This document shows, piece by piece, positions 18,932 through 28,347 of a stretch of DNA of 61,044 nucleotides. The position numbers and the translations under genes are program-made. Origin of the DNA: a virus (Duplodnaviria > Caudoviricetes); IMG/VR virus record IMGVR_UViG_3300036770_001422, positions 1-61,044 of that record; one strand, given 5' to 3'. The first letter of the stretch is position 1, and every line of letters begins with the position of its first letter. The notes beneath the pieces were generated by a model, which saw only the letters and a program-made list of their open reading frames with translations, had not been told where the DNA came from and ran no database searches.

Positions 18932-19765
18932 TTACTTTGCAACGATGCTCTTAGTATTTGCTCCGTTGTCGCCCTTCTTAGGAGCGGGAGCCTTACTTAA
19001 GTCTGCACCTTTGTGTCCTGGAGCATTTTTAAACTTACCTGCTCCTGGTACTTGTGTTTCACCCTTTGAATATGGGTTGCTTGGACCCTTAGGACTTGTT
19101 GGAACTGTTTCTGCTTGACCACTGAATTTCACTGGCTTGCTGTCCATTCCTGCTTGTCCGCTATTCTGTAACCCTGGGCTCTTTGTCTGAACGCCATTGT
19201 CACCGTGTGTAACACTTACTTTCTGAAGTTGTACTGCTTCCATCATTGCTTCTTCTTCGCCTTCAGCGTCAACAGCAACTTCTTCCTCTTCTTCACCGCC
19301 CATGTCTGCTTCGTCACCCATGTCATCGGCTTCACCGCCCATGATTTCTTCGAATTCAGCCATCAACTGATCTAATTTGTCCTCGATGCGAATGACAGCA
19401 TCTTCCATGCCTTCACCTTCTGCATCACCTTCATCGCCTAAATCTTCTTCACCGTCGGCTTCAAGGTCAAATACTTCTTCCTCTTCACCTTCTTCTTCGG
19501 TTACTCCTGATTCTTCAGCATTGATTTCGTCAAGTAGGTCACCAACTTGGCCAACCATCTCGCCTTCTTCCATTCCGTCTTCCATGCCTTCTTCGATAGC
19601 ATCTGCCTCATCTTCTTCGGCTTCTTCCATCATTTCTTCGTCCATGATAGACTCATAGATTTCACGTGACTTTTCAACCACGATTTCGTGAAATAATTCA
19701 CGTGCTTGCTCTTCGTTCTCATTGATAATAAGGTCAATGAGTGTTTCAAATTTTTTGTTATCCAT
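18932..19765 (-). CDS. Highly acidic prohead core-like protein (gp67/gp68 position)
   Basis: Very E/D-rich; sits between the portal and protease genes. Confidence 0.55.
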   Translation of the reverse strand: MDNKKFETLIDLIINENEEQARELFHEIVVEKSREIYESIMDEEMMEEAEEDEADAIEEGMEDGMEEGEMVGQVGDLLDEINAEESGVTEEEGEEEEVFDLEADGEEDLGDEGDAEGEGMEDAVIRIEDKLDQLMAEFEEIMGGEADDMGDEADMGGEEEEEVAVDAEGEEEAMMEAVQLQKVSVTHGDNGVQTKSPGLQNSGQAGMDSKPVKFSGQAETVPTSPKGPSNPYSKGETQVPGAGKFKNAPGHKGADLSKAPAPKKGDNGANTKSIVAK

Positions 19766-19801
19766 TATAAGTTTCTCCTGATAAGAATGGCTTTGTAGAG
19801 T

Positions 19802-19809
19802 TATTTAGT
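19802..19809 (-). promoter_or_regulatory. Late promoter ACTAAATA
   Basis: Heads the core-protease-scaffold-capsid operon. Confidence 0.7.
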
Positions 19810-19817
19810 GGCTAGTC

Positions 19818-19848
19818 AAAAAAATAGCACATTAAGTGCTAATTTTTT
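19818..19848 (-). terminator. Possible weak terminator or operator hairpin
   Basis: TAGCAC-ttaat-GTGCTA followed by T7 on the minus strand, just before the late promoter at 19802-19809. Confidence 0.45.
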
Positions 19849-19873
19849 ACGTTTTTGAGGTTAAAGTGCGATT

Positions 19874-20107
19874 TTATACGCTAGGGGCGCCTTCTTCGTC
19901 TTGAGCCTTTGCCCCATATTGCTCTCTAACTTTCTTTAAATATTGTTTTTTCTCGTAATTTCTAACATCCATCATCTTACGTAACTTACGTATTTGCTTT
20001 AATGTTAGTTTAGTTTTACGTGAAGTTCTCCAGGTAGGCTTACTGTTATCTTGATTTACATCCTGATAACCTAGTATAGGAGCGTCAAACATTTCAAAAA
20101 GTTTCAT
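19874..20107 (-). CDS. Small basic hypothetical protein downstream of the portal gene
   Basis: 77 aa with RKTKLTLKQIRKLRKM; preceded by TAAATA-N5-ATG. Confidence 0.75.
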   Translation of the reverse strand: MKLFEMFDAPILGYQDVNQDNSKPTWRTSRKTKLTLKQIRKLRKMMDVRNYEKKQYLKKVREQYGAKAQDEEGAPSV

Positions 20108-20115
20108 AATAGTAT

Positions 20116-21909
20116 TTATGCTGGAGGTGCTGCTCCGCCGGGAGCAACTGGTGCTGCTGGTGCACCTAATTCAGGACCGCCTACTGGACCTGCAACATTT
20201 TCAGGACCCAATGCTGCCTCTTCTTCACCTGTTTCCAAATCGTCAGCAGTTTGTTCATCAGTTTCAATATCACTTGTAGATACACCAACGCTACGTAAAT
20301 CACTACCTTTTGGCTCTTCAGTAATATCTTTCTGATTTTCTTCACGCCATAGTTTTTCGTTTTTAGTAATTTCTTCTTCAGTTAATCCTAAAAATCTTTC
20401 TAGTGCAAATCGTTTACTGATATAGGGAAATGCTTCCATGCTAGCAAATGTGCTTACACGTGCTGTATCAAGTTCACTTTGACGATAGGCTGCAAAGTTT
20501 TGCGGTGGATTAAATGTAAGTTGGAACAACCCACTATCAATGTTGAATCCTCTCCAGCGCAAGAACAATTTAAATTCTTCATCCAATTTCATTGCCATGT
20601 AACTTTGTAAACGTTCGCAATATTGATTGAATCTAAATTCTTGAATCATAGCAGTACCAACACGACCGTCGCTTAATGGTGTTGTGTTATCGTCAGGACC
20701 AGTTGGTAGATATGAACTTGGAACACGCAAACCACGTGCTAGTCTGTTATTGAAATAACGTAAGTCATCAATCTCACCAAGATTCTGTCCACCAGGTAGA
20801 ACCTCTACAGAAGATCCTCGCCCATCCGCTGTAACAGGGAAGAAGTAATCTTCATTCATTGACAATGGATTATATGTGGCGTCTACAACAGACTGCCCAC
20901 CGTATACAGATGGGATTCTACGCTGATGGATTTCGTTCTTAATGCGTTCTACAAACGCCATAGCCATATGACTTGGCATGTTACCAACGTCAATCTTGAA
21001 CATTCTACGTTCAGGAGCACGTTGTACACGATAGATTAGAACCGCATCTTCAAGTAATTCTTTTTGTTTGTATACTTTAAATATATTTTCTAATACGCTT
21101 TGACCAAAAGGCCAAAATCTGTCTAGACCTTCCGTAAGACTTAGATGTAAAATATGTTTAGCGTCAATAGCACTTTCGCTTTGACCTAATGTAAATCTAC
21201 TACCACTTGTATTATATGGCATAGCAGGAACAGTATATGGTGTGTTGGTACCACCGCCCGTACCGCCAAGTCCTGTCGCAGGATTTGCGGCAAAGTCAGT
21301 ATTTGTCTTTTGTGCAACACTTAAGTTCTGTAAGTTAATGTTAATATCTTTTAATACATATTGCTCAGGCTTCTTACCTTCACTTTCGTTAACAATAACT
21401 TTGATAACTTTGACCATATCAACCCAGTATAACTTAAAGTTTTCTGGGTCACGAACAAATACCTGATCCCCATATTTGACAACATTTCTAAAGATTTTAA
21501 AAATGCGATTGTCAAATTCGTTTAACTTACACCATTGCTGTAATTGCTTTTGTAGTAATTCTACTTCATGTGGAGTAGGATCTTCTTTGAATTCAAAGTT
21601 AAACGGAGTTTTGTTATGTTCGTTCTTTTGTGTGCTAAACTCTGAAATGATATCTAAACATGCATTAATTTCAGCATCAACGTCCATCATTTCATATTGA
21701 TTATATCGTTCGATACGATTTGGGTGACCTGTATAGACTTCAGGAAGTCTACTCATGTAATTCTTATAACCAAATTCAGTATTATTCCAACCACCTGTTG
21801 GTTGTCCATTTTGTCCTGGACTGCCGTTCCATGCTCCGGCATTACTATTGCCACCGCTTATAGGGCTTGAAACACCACTTCTATTAAGAAACTTTCTTTT
21901 ATAAGTCAT
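20116..21909 (-). CDS. gp20: Portal vertex protein (gp20-like)
   Basis: Motifs LLEDAVLIYRVQRAPERRMFKIDVGNMP, EDYFFP and GSSVEVLPGGQNLGEIDDLRYF. Confidence 0.95.
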   Translation of the reverse strand: MTYKRKFLNRSGVSSPISGGNSNAGAWNGSPGQNGQPTGGWNNTEFGYKNYMSRLPEVYTGHPNRIERYNQYEMMDVDAEINACLDIISEFSTQKNEHNKTPFNFEFKEDPTPHEVELLQKQLQQWCKLNEFDNRIFKIFRNVVKYGDQVFVRDPENFKLYWVDMVKVIKVIVNESEGKKPEQYVLKDININLQNLSVAQKTNTDFAANPATGLGGTGGGTNTPYTVPAMPYNTSGSRFTLGQSESAIDAKHILHLSLTEGLDRFWPFGQSVLENIFKVYKQKELLEDAVLIYRVQRAPERRMFKIDVGNMPSHMAMAFVERIKNEIHQRRIPSVYGGQSVVDATYNPLSMNEDYFFPVTADGRGSSVEVLPGGQNLGEIDDLRYFNNRLARGLRVPSSYLPTGPDDNTTPLSDGRVGTAMIQEFRFNQYCERLQSYMAMKLDEEFKLFLRWRGFNIDSGLFQLTFNPPQNFAAYRQSELDTARVSTFASMEAFPYISKRFALERFLGLTEEEITKNEKLWREENQKDITEEPKGSDLRSVGVSTSDIETDEQTADDLETGEEEAALGPENVAGPVGGPELGAPAAPVAPGGAAPPA

Positions 21910-21932
21910 TGATTTTGGTTCAAATTATATAG

Positions 21933-21940
21933 TATTTAGT
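21933..21940 (-). promoter_or_regulatory. Late promoter ACTAAATA
   Basis: Upstream of the portal gene. Confidence 0.7.
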
Positions 21941-21941
21941 G

Positions 21942-24900
21942 TTAGATTAATGAATGCTTCAATAACTTGCTAGATGTGTCATTACCATCACTTAATTGTG
22001 CAATAACTTGATCCAACTTACCAGCCATCATTGAATACATTTCCATATTGGCTGCTAGCATTTCCTTAGTAACATCACTACCTGTTTCCATTTTAGACCC
22101 AGTTGCTTCTGCTAAAACATCTTTACTTTCTGGGCTACCGGCTTGTGTCTTAGCCAATTTCATTAGGATACTTTCAGTATCTAATGGCGCTGTAATTTCT
22201 AACCCATGATGCTGTACTGGATATCCTGTTTCAGGTCCGTCAGCAATTAAACCACCTGAAGCCTGCATAACACGTTCGCCACCTGCCTGTTGTCCACCTG
22301 GCATTTTTGACGAATACATTGCTACTTTTTGCAATACTTCACCACCTAAGTATCCTTGTCCCGGTTTAATTGCTGTTCCTGCAATCTGACTTGTTGCTAA
22401 TAACTGTGCTTGTTCAGCACTCATGCCACCTTTAGAATCTATACCCAATTTGCCAGCCATGCTTGACTGACCTTTTTGCATATACCAAGCAACAACTTCA
22501 CTTGCAACATTGGGATCATTTACTAAATCAGGATTCTCAACTAACCGATCATCACCAAATATTGCTTTACTTGCGGCTGCATAATTATTCTTACCAGTTA
22601 ACTGTATGTAACCTCTACCTCTGAACTTCCAGCCATCACCTGGTTCAGAGTTGCCCATACCTTTACCTAACTTAGTACCTGACCCATAAACAGCCTCAGC
22701 CATTTTTTCAGGGCTAGACTTCATTTCATTGATTTCTTCGTCAGTCTTACCTGCGGTTGCTGATTTGAATATACTTCTTATACGTTCATTACTTGTCTTA
22801 CTATAGTTAAGATTTTCATTCGTTACTTTACCACCAGACTCTTTCATTACATTTCCTAAAACAGCATTAATGTAATTTTGATCTGTCATGCCTCTCTTTT
22901 TAAGAGCCTCTGCAATACCACCAAGATTTTCTTTAACATCTTGTTTCATTGGTGGAGGTGCTGATGGCATGCTAGGTGGCATACCACTCATAATTGGTTT
23001 GCCGTCGCTAGATGTTATAGGTTTGCCATCACCTGATACTACTCCACCTGACACAGGGGCTTGAGCAACTGCGCCGGCTGCGCTTGCATCTTTTAGTTGA
23101 CTCTTAATTTTACCAATATCTAATAATGCGCTACCTAATACCCCTTTTATTTGATCCTTAACTTCTTTGGTTGCATCTTCAGGGCTAACTTCATCTAATG
23201 TACCTTTGATAACACTATCAAATTTAGTAAAGTTAATTGTTAGATTGGCTAGTGATTTATTAGATATATCCAACATTTGTTGGAACTGTCTTAGACTATC
23301 ATTAACAGTTTTACCTGTTTCTTGTTGTGACTTACCTAAATCTTCTACAGATGTGCTTGCCTTAAATATATTCTTTTGCATTTCATCAAATATATCTTGG
23401 CTAGTTTTAACCTTTTCGTCACCTGTAACAGGTTTCTTCATTTGATCCTGAATACTCTTGCTAGAAATGCCAAATTGTTTCATCATCTCAGACATATTCT
23501 TGTCTGGAGTCATTATCTTAGCGATTCTCTCTTCTGCACCCTTTTGCACTTCTGCTAATCTTGCTTCAGGACTTGCAGCAGTTGCGGCAATCATGCCTGG
23601 AATCATAGAAGGTTGTTCTTTAGGTCCTGTAGACTTAACATCTTTTTCTTGTCCAAATGCCATTGCATTTGAACGTAGTCCTTGAGGATTTGCTTTTTCT
23701 GCTTGTTCCGCAGGAGTAAGTTTAGGTTCTACCTTAACTGCTTCCTTTACCTCAGGGGATTTAGGTTCTATAGTAGGTGTCTTTGCTTGTGCTGACGGTA
23801 TAATTACGCCAGTAACCTTATCTAATAATCCTTTAGCACCTCGTCCTAATGACGCTAATATGCCGGCTGATTCTACAACTGGATCAGGTTTTTTCTCTGC
23901 GACAGGTATTGGTTTTGCTTCGGCTGATTCGGGTTTCTTAACTTCTGCTGGTTTTTGATCTGCCTTTGCTTCTACTTTCTTTGCTGCCTCTGCTGTTTTT
24001 GCATCAGCCTTTTCTGACATTTGATTAATGCCACTGGCTGCAGCCTTACCAACTGTTTCACCGCCCTTACTACCTAACCATCCACCAACTGCGGCGCCTA
24101 TTACGCCACCTATTATAGTTCCTACAACAGGTACAGCAGAACCTAATGCGGCTCCAGCGGCTGCGCCTGCCCATGCTCCTCCGGCTGCGCCTGCGGCTGA
24201 GCCTACACCTCCGCCTACTGCTTCAGTTTTCTTTTCTTTGGCTTCTTTTTCTGTTATCTCGCCTGACTTACGTTGTGCTTCAATGTCTTGATATTCATCA
24301 TAAGCACCTTTTGCAGCCATGCCTACGCCAACAACTGCACCAATTGCAGGTGCAGCCTTAGCAACACTTGCCAATGGGGTTGCTAACTTAGCAAGAGTTC
24401 CTGCACTCTTAGCAGCCTCAGCACCTCCCTTGACAAATCTTCCTGTCTTAGGATCTCTTGCTCTTGGCGTTCCTTTACCTTTACCCTTGCCTTTACCGTC
24501 TCCACCGCCAACTTTATCTAATAGTCCGCCCATACCAGCGGCTGTAGCAAGTTTAGATAACGCCATTGTAGCCGCAACAACTGCGGCTGTCATACCTACT
24601 ACTGCTGCGCCGGCTGCTAATATATTTCCTCTGAATGGATTAATTGCACCAATAAATGCATCACTTAATCTACGTGCTTGTCTTTCTAAATCTTCCTTAG
24701 TAGCAGTAGCATCTACGACACCTTGACCTTCTTGACCCTCTTCTTTTTTGGCCTTTAATTCTTCTTCTTTAGCAGCCTTAGACTTGATCCAAGCGTCTTG
24801 TTCTTCTTTAGTTTTTAATTGTGCGAATTGTGCCGCACTTTGACGCATCTTATTATCAACACCAAATACGCCTTGAATGTCTTTACTTGACTGACCCAAT

Positions 24901-26204
24901 GCATAACCTGCTTCACCAAATGTTTTAGTGAATCTTTCTGCGGCTTGAGCCTGTGATCCCAATAATTGTGCAGTTTGATTTTGACCTTTATTCAACTTTT
25001 CATTCATGGCAGCAACGTCAATACCTGCTCTAGCAAGTTTAGCGTTGTTTTCAGTGTATACTGTTGCGCCTTCTGTTGAAATAGATTCCATTACTGCGGC
25101 TGCATTTGCGGCACTCATAGTGCTTACAGCCATTTTAGCAAATTCATCTTTGGCTGCTACTGTTTGTCTAATCTGTGCAGCCTGTGCTTCTAATTCTTTC
25201 TTACGTGCGGCATCAGTTTCGTTACGTGCTTGTTCTTCAAGACCCAAAGCCTTTTGATCCATTGCAAATTTATATGCATTAAAATTCTCGTTTGCATTTG
25301 CAATGTCTAGTGCTTCTTGTTGTTTCTTAACACTAACACCGGTTAATTCTGATAATACATTTAATTGATCAATATAAGCAAGTGATGCTTTTTGTAATTG
25401 TTCAGGACTCTTTCTTAATGATTGACCTGCTTCAGTCTGTTGTCTAATATACGTTGCTTGGGCTTCCATCAACTGTTCTTGTGACATACCCAATCTACGA
25501 TATTGTTTTAACGTTTCATCACCGACGGCCGTAAATTTACTAAATGTTTTAATACCTTCACTAGCAGAACCACCTAACCCAATTAAACTAGTACCTGCTT
25601 CTTTAGCATGTTTAGTAAAGATACCAATATTATGTGAGGTAAAGCCTGCTTGCTTACCTAACTCCATAATCTGTTCTGCATTCATTGATGCAGCACCGCC
25701 GATTTCCGCTAGGTCGTCATAGGCTTTTACCATAGCGTCAGTCTGTTTTAAAACTGCACCTGATAGTTTTCCTAATGCCTCAACAGTAAATCCTAATGCT
25801 TTACCTAAGGGTCCAAAATTACTTAATACGCCACCAATAGCAGAAGTTGTTGACTTGATTGCACCTTCATACTTCTGAAAACCACTGGTTGTATCTAATA
25901 ATGCCGATGCAAAACCTTTAACTGCTCCCTGAGCAGACTTCAATGCTTGACTATAGTTCTCCATAGCCTCAGCATTCTTTTGTCTTGCTTGCTTTTCTAT
26001 CTCAGAAAGTTTAGTATTACCTTCAATTGCGGCGCTATTTTTATTGACAGCGGCTGTGTTTTGATTAGCGGATTGGTTGGTCTTGCCCATAGCACCGGCA
26101 AGAATACCCATTTGTTCGGCTACGAACTTCATGTTTTGACTGATTTCGTTTGTAGCCTGACGTATAGAATCTACTGATTCGTTTAAATTATTTTCATCCG
26201 CCAT
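21942..26204 (-). CDS. Tape-measure-like protein with C-terminal glycoside hydrolase 19 (lysozyme/chitinase-like) domain
   Basis: Long helical Ala/Gln-rich region and a Gly/Ala hydrophobic segment, followed by GNVMKESG and MGNSEPGDGWKFRGRGYIQLTGKNNY (GH19 signature). Confidence 0.75.
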   Translation of the reverse strand: MADENNLNESVDSIRQATNEISQNMKFVAEQMGILAGAMGKTNQSANQNTAAVNKNSAAIEGNTKLSEIEKQARQKNAEAMENYSQALKSAQGAVKGFASALLDTTSGFQKYEGAIKSTTSAIGGVLSNFGPLGKALGFTVEALGKLSGAVLKQTDAMVKAYDDLAEIGGAASMNAEQIMELGKQAGFTSHNIGIFTKHAKEAGTSLIGLGGSASEGIKTFSKFTAVGDETLKQYRRLGMSQEQLMEAQATYIRQQTEAGQSLRKSPEQLQKASLAYIDQLNVLSELTGVSVKKQQEALDIANANENFNAYKFAMDQKALGLEEQARNETDAARKKELEAQAAQIRQTVAAKDEFAKMAVSTMSAANAAAVMESISTEGATVYTENNAKLARAGIDVAAMNEKLNKGQNQTAQLLGSQAQAAERFTKTFGEAGYALGQSSKDIQGVFGVDNKMRQSAAQFAQLKTKEEQDAWIKSKAAKEEELKAKKEEGQEGQGVVDATATKEDLERQARRLSDAFIGAINPFRGNILAAGAAVVGMTAAVVAATMALSKLATAAGMGGLLDKVGGGDGKGKGKGKGTPRARDPKTGRFVKGGAEAAKSAGTLAKLATPLASVAKAAPAIGAVVGVGMAAKGAYDEYQDIEAQRKSGEITEKEAKEKKTEAVGGGVGSAAGAAGGAWAGAAAGAALGSAVPVVGTIIGGVIGAAVGGWLGSKGGETVGKAAASGINQMSEKADAKTAEAAKKVEAKADQKPAEVKKPESAEAKPIPVAEKKPDPVVESAGILASLGRGAKGLLDKVTGVIIPSAQAKTPTIEPKSPEVKEAVKVEPKLTPAEQAEKANPQGLRSNAMAFGQEKDVKSTGPKEQPSMIPGMIAATAASPEARLAEVQKGAEERIAKIMTPDKNMSEMMKQFGISSKSIQDQMKKPVTGDEKVKTSQDIFDEMQKNIFKASTSVEDLGKSQQETGKTVNDSLRQFQQMLDISNKSLANLTINFTKFDSVIKGTLDEVSPEDATKEVKDQIKGVLGSALLDIGKIKSQLKDASAAGAVAQAPVSGGVVSGDGKPITSSDGKPIMSGMPPSMPSAPPPMKQDVKENLGGIAEALKKRGMTDQNYINAVLGNVMKESGGKVTNENLNYSKTSNERIRSIFKSATAGKTDEEINEMKSSPEKMAEAVYGSGTKLGKGMGNSEPGDGWKFRGRGYIQLTGKNNYAAASKAIFGDDRLVENPDLVNDPNVASEVVAWYMQKGQSSMAGKLGIDSKGGMSAEQAQLLATSQIAGTAIKPGQGYLGGEVLQKVAMYSSKMPGGQQAGGERVMQASGGLIADGPETGYPVQHHGLEITAPLDTESILMKLAKTQAGSPESKDVLAEATGSKMETGSDVTKEMLAANMEMYSMMAGKLDQVIAQLSDGNDTSSKLLKHSLI

Positions 26205-26213
26205 TTTTTATCC

Positions 26214-26236
26214 AATAAATACTTCTAGTATTTATT
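26214..26236. promoter_or_regulatory. Palindromic pair of late promoters (AATAAATA on both strands)
   Basis: AATAAATACT-tct-AGTATTTATT lies between the divergent genes starting at 26204 (-) and 26275 (+). Confidence 0.7.
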
Positions 26237-26274
26237 ATTGGGAAAAACCCAATTTTTTAACCAGAGGACTATTT

Positions 26275-27105
26275 ATGGATTCAATGACAAACCCACTCAG
26301 ACAGTATTTCCGCAGACCCGCAGTATACTTAAAATTACCCAGCGGAGGAAAAGGATATACACCTGAGGTGCTAACAATGCCTGAAAACGGGGAAATTCCA
26401 GTATATCCAATGACCGCAATCGATGAGATTACTGTTAGAACACCTGACGCATTGTTCAACGGGGTAGCAATCGCTGAACTTATTAAGAGTTGCGTACCTG
26501 CAATTCATGATCCATGGAAAGTCAATAGTATAGACTTTGATGCGATCCTTATTGCAATCAAAGCAGCGGGCGGATCTGGGGAACTAGAAATAGAAAGTTT
26601 ATGCCCAAACTGCAATGAAGAAGCAAAATATGCATTGAATCTAATGAGAGTATTGGCTACATTAGAAGCAGGAGATTATACATCACCACTGGTTATCAAT
26701 GAACTTCAATTTAAGTTTAGACCATTGACTTATAAAGAAATGAATGAGGCTGCTATCGGTCAATTTGAAGTGCAACGTATTTTTAATGCTGCCGCACAAA
26801 AAGAAACTGATGAAGAAAGAAATAAAGTAACACAAGAAGCATTTAAGCAAGTTACTGAATTGACAATGAAGTTGCTTACTCAGGGTATTGAATTTATCAA
26901 AACTCCAAACGCAATGGTAACAGAAAAAGAATTCATATTAGATTTCTTAAGAAACTGTGACAAGACTGTATACTTAAAAGTTCGTGACCATAGTGCAGAA
27001 CTTAGAATGAAAACAGAAATGAAACCATTAGATGTTAAGTGCGTTAATTGCAATCACGAATACAAACAACCATTCACATTAAACCCATCTGATTTTTTCG
27101 AATGA
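26275..27105 (+). CDS. gp26: Baseplate hub subunit (gp26-like)
   Basis: YLKLPSGG, CPNC, KFRPLTYKE and C-terminal CVNC motifs; divergent from the tape-measure-like gene. Confidence 0.75.
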   Translation: MDSMTNPLRQYFRRPAVYLKLPSGGKGYTPEVLTMPENGEIPVYPMTAIDEITVRTPDALFNGVAIAELIKSCVPAIHDPWKVNSIDFDAILIAIKAAGGSGELEIESLCPNCNEEAKYALNLMRVLATLEAGDYTSPLVINELQFKFRPLTYKEMNEAAIGQFEVQRIFNAAAQKETDEERNKVTQEAFKQVTELTMKLLTQGIEFIKTPNAMVTEKEFILDFLRNCDKTVYLKVRDHSAELRMKTEMKPLDVKCVNCNHEYKQPFTLNPSDFFE

Positions 27106-27329
27106 GGCTTCTAAATCTCGCCCCAGAGGGAATTCAGAAGCTTATTGAAAACTATGAGAAGGAAGTGGGGAACATCAAAAAGTCTGCCATTTCCTATGCT
27201 TGGTACCTTAGAGGTGGTATTTCATATGAAGATATATTAAACATGTCATATGAAGAACGGAATTATCTAAGTGACCTAGTAGAAAGTAATTTGGAAATCA
27301 CTAAGAAATCTAATTTGCCTTTCTTCTAA
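27102..27329 (+). CDS. Small baseplate hub assembly protein (gp51-like)
   Basis: ATGA overlap with the gp26-like gene; motif ISYEDILNMSYEER. Confidence 0.6.
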   Translation: MRLLNLAPEGIQKLIENYEKEVGNIKKSAISYAWYLRGGISYEDILNMSYEERNYLSDLVESNLEITKKSNLPFF

Positions 27330-27763
27330 GTTGTCCTGCGGACAACTAATACCTTCACTTGTACTCGCTATCGCTCGTACTACGTTCGGTATTATATTTT
27401 TATATGGATTTATATTGCCGCCTTTGAAGCCATGGTAGTGCTATTCAGCACTACCAATGGTAAAGGACATTGCCACGCCCTATCGCCATGTGCCATCTAT
27501 TCCCCGTCAAACTAGCCCGTTTGCTGTTTAACGCTACCGGTTGCCCTGTAAAGTTTATGGGACTGTAGTGAGATACTGTTACATATCTCGGCAACGCATG
27601 TTACATATCCGCAAGACAGAATTAGATATGTACTCATTGAGGGTTCGCAAACCTGTCGATTGCCCTCTCGGTTTTCCGTAGATGTTACTCTACGCTTACT
27701 CCAGATCCGTCGGCGATATTTCACGCTTCCTCAAGGAGGGTCGGCACCCGACCAGCAAATTGT
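27329..27763. other. Highly structured non-coding element (candidate RNA-primed replication origin or large ncRNA)
   Basis: About ten inverted repeats in 430 bp, GC-richer than the flanks, a long-range stem (27412-27420 with 27711-27719), an AT-rich tract and a pas-like hairpin. Confidence 0.6.
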
Positions 27764-28333
27764 TTATAATTGATGTAAAGTTGATAAAACGTCAGTTGTG
27801 ATTGTGTTTAATGGCATTGTGCCTGTTGAGCCTGAATAAGATTTAAGTACGTCTTTGTTGTGTTTAAAGAAATGATCAAATTCAATAATGAGCCAATCTT
27901 TATGTTTACTTGATGTATAATATAAAAATTGATCGGTTACCCAAGTCATTGTAGTTTGTACTACAACAAATTTACCCTTGCGGTTAAATTTCATAAACAA
28001 TATGTTCATGTCGTTGGGTTCTGCTACTGACATAAGTTGGTCTAACCATCCATCTAACACTTTACAGTCACCTGTTAGTACTAAATGAAATGGGAAATCT
28101 GCATAAGATTTACATTCTGCATTGAATTTAGGGAAACTTTGTCCTGGAACAATATCTCCCTTAAAACTACGCACTTGATCCTCATGCAAATATTGTTTAC
28201 GTTGTTGATTTTTACCACCAACGTATGCGCCTGATCCTGGAGCACGTATAAAACTTTCTCCATAAAGGTCACTGAGAAATTTTGCAACTTCTCTTTCAAA
28301 ACTTGATCCCTTTGCTTTCTGTGGACTAGGCAT
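27764..28333 (-). CDS. Holliday junction resolvase-like PD-(D/E)xK nuclease
   Basis: KAKGSSFEREVAKFL...F.RAPGSGA...GDI...AECK, an Hjc-like pattern. Confidence 0.75.
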   Translation of the reverse strand: MPSPQKAKGSSFEREVAKFLSDLYGESFIRAPGSGAYVGGKNQQRKQYLHEDQVRSFKGDIVPGQSFPKFNAECKSYADFPFHLVLTGDCKVLDGWLDQLMSVAEPNDMNILFMKFNRKGKFVVVQTTMTWVTDQFLYYTSSKHKDWLIIEFDHFFKHNKDVLKSYSGSTGTMPLNTITTDVLSTLHQL

Positions 28334-28347
28334 ATATTAATTTATTC

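Noticed and set aside
16472-26459. Alternative-frame and antisense ORFs in the head and tape-measure genes
   Set aside because: They overlap strongly supported genes and have no motifs or expression signals of their own.
27512-27724. 70-aa ORF inside the structured region
   Set aside because: GTG start, no recognisable motif, and it overlaps dense stems; a non-coding role explains the sequence better.
27330-27763. Group I/II intron, RNase P RNA, tmRNA, tRNA or retron identity for the structured region
   Set aside because: No interrupted gene flanks it, I could not find the conserved cores or a cloverleaf by eye, and no reverse transcriptase gene lies in the window. A covariance-model search is still needed.
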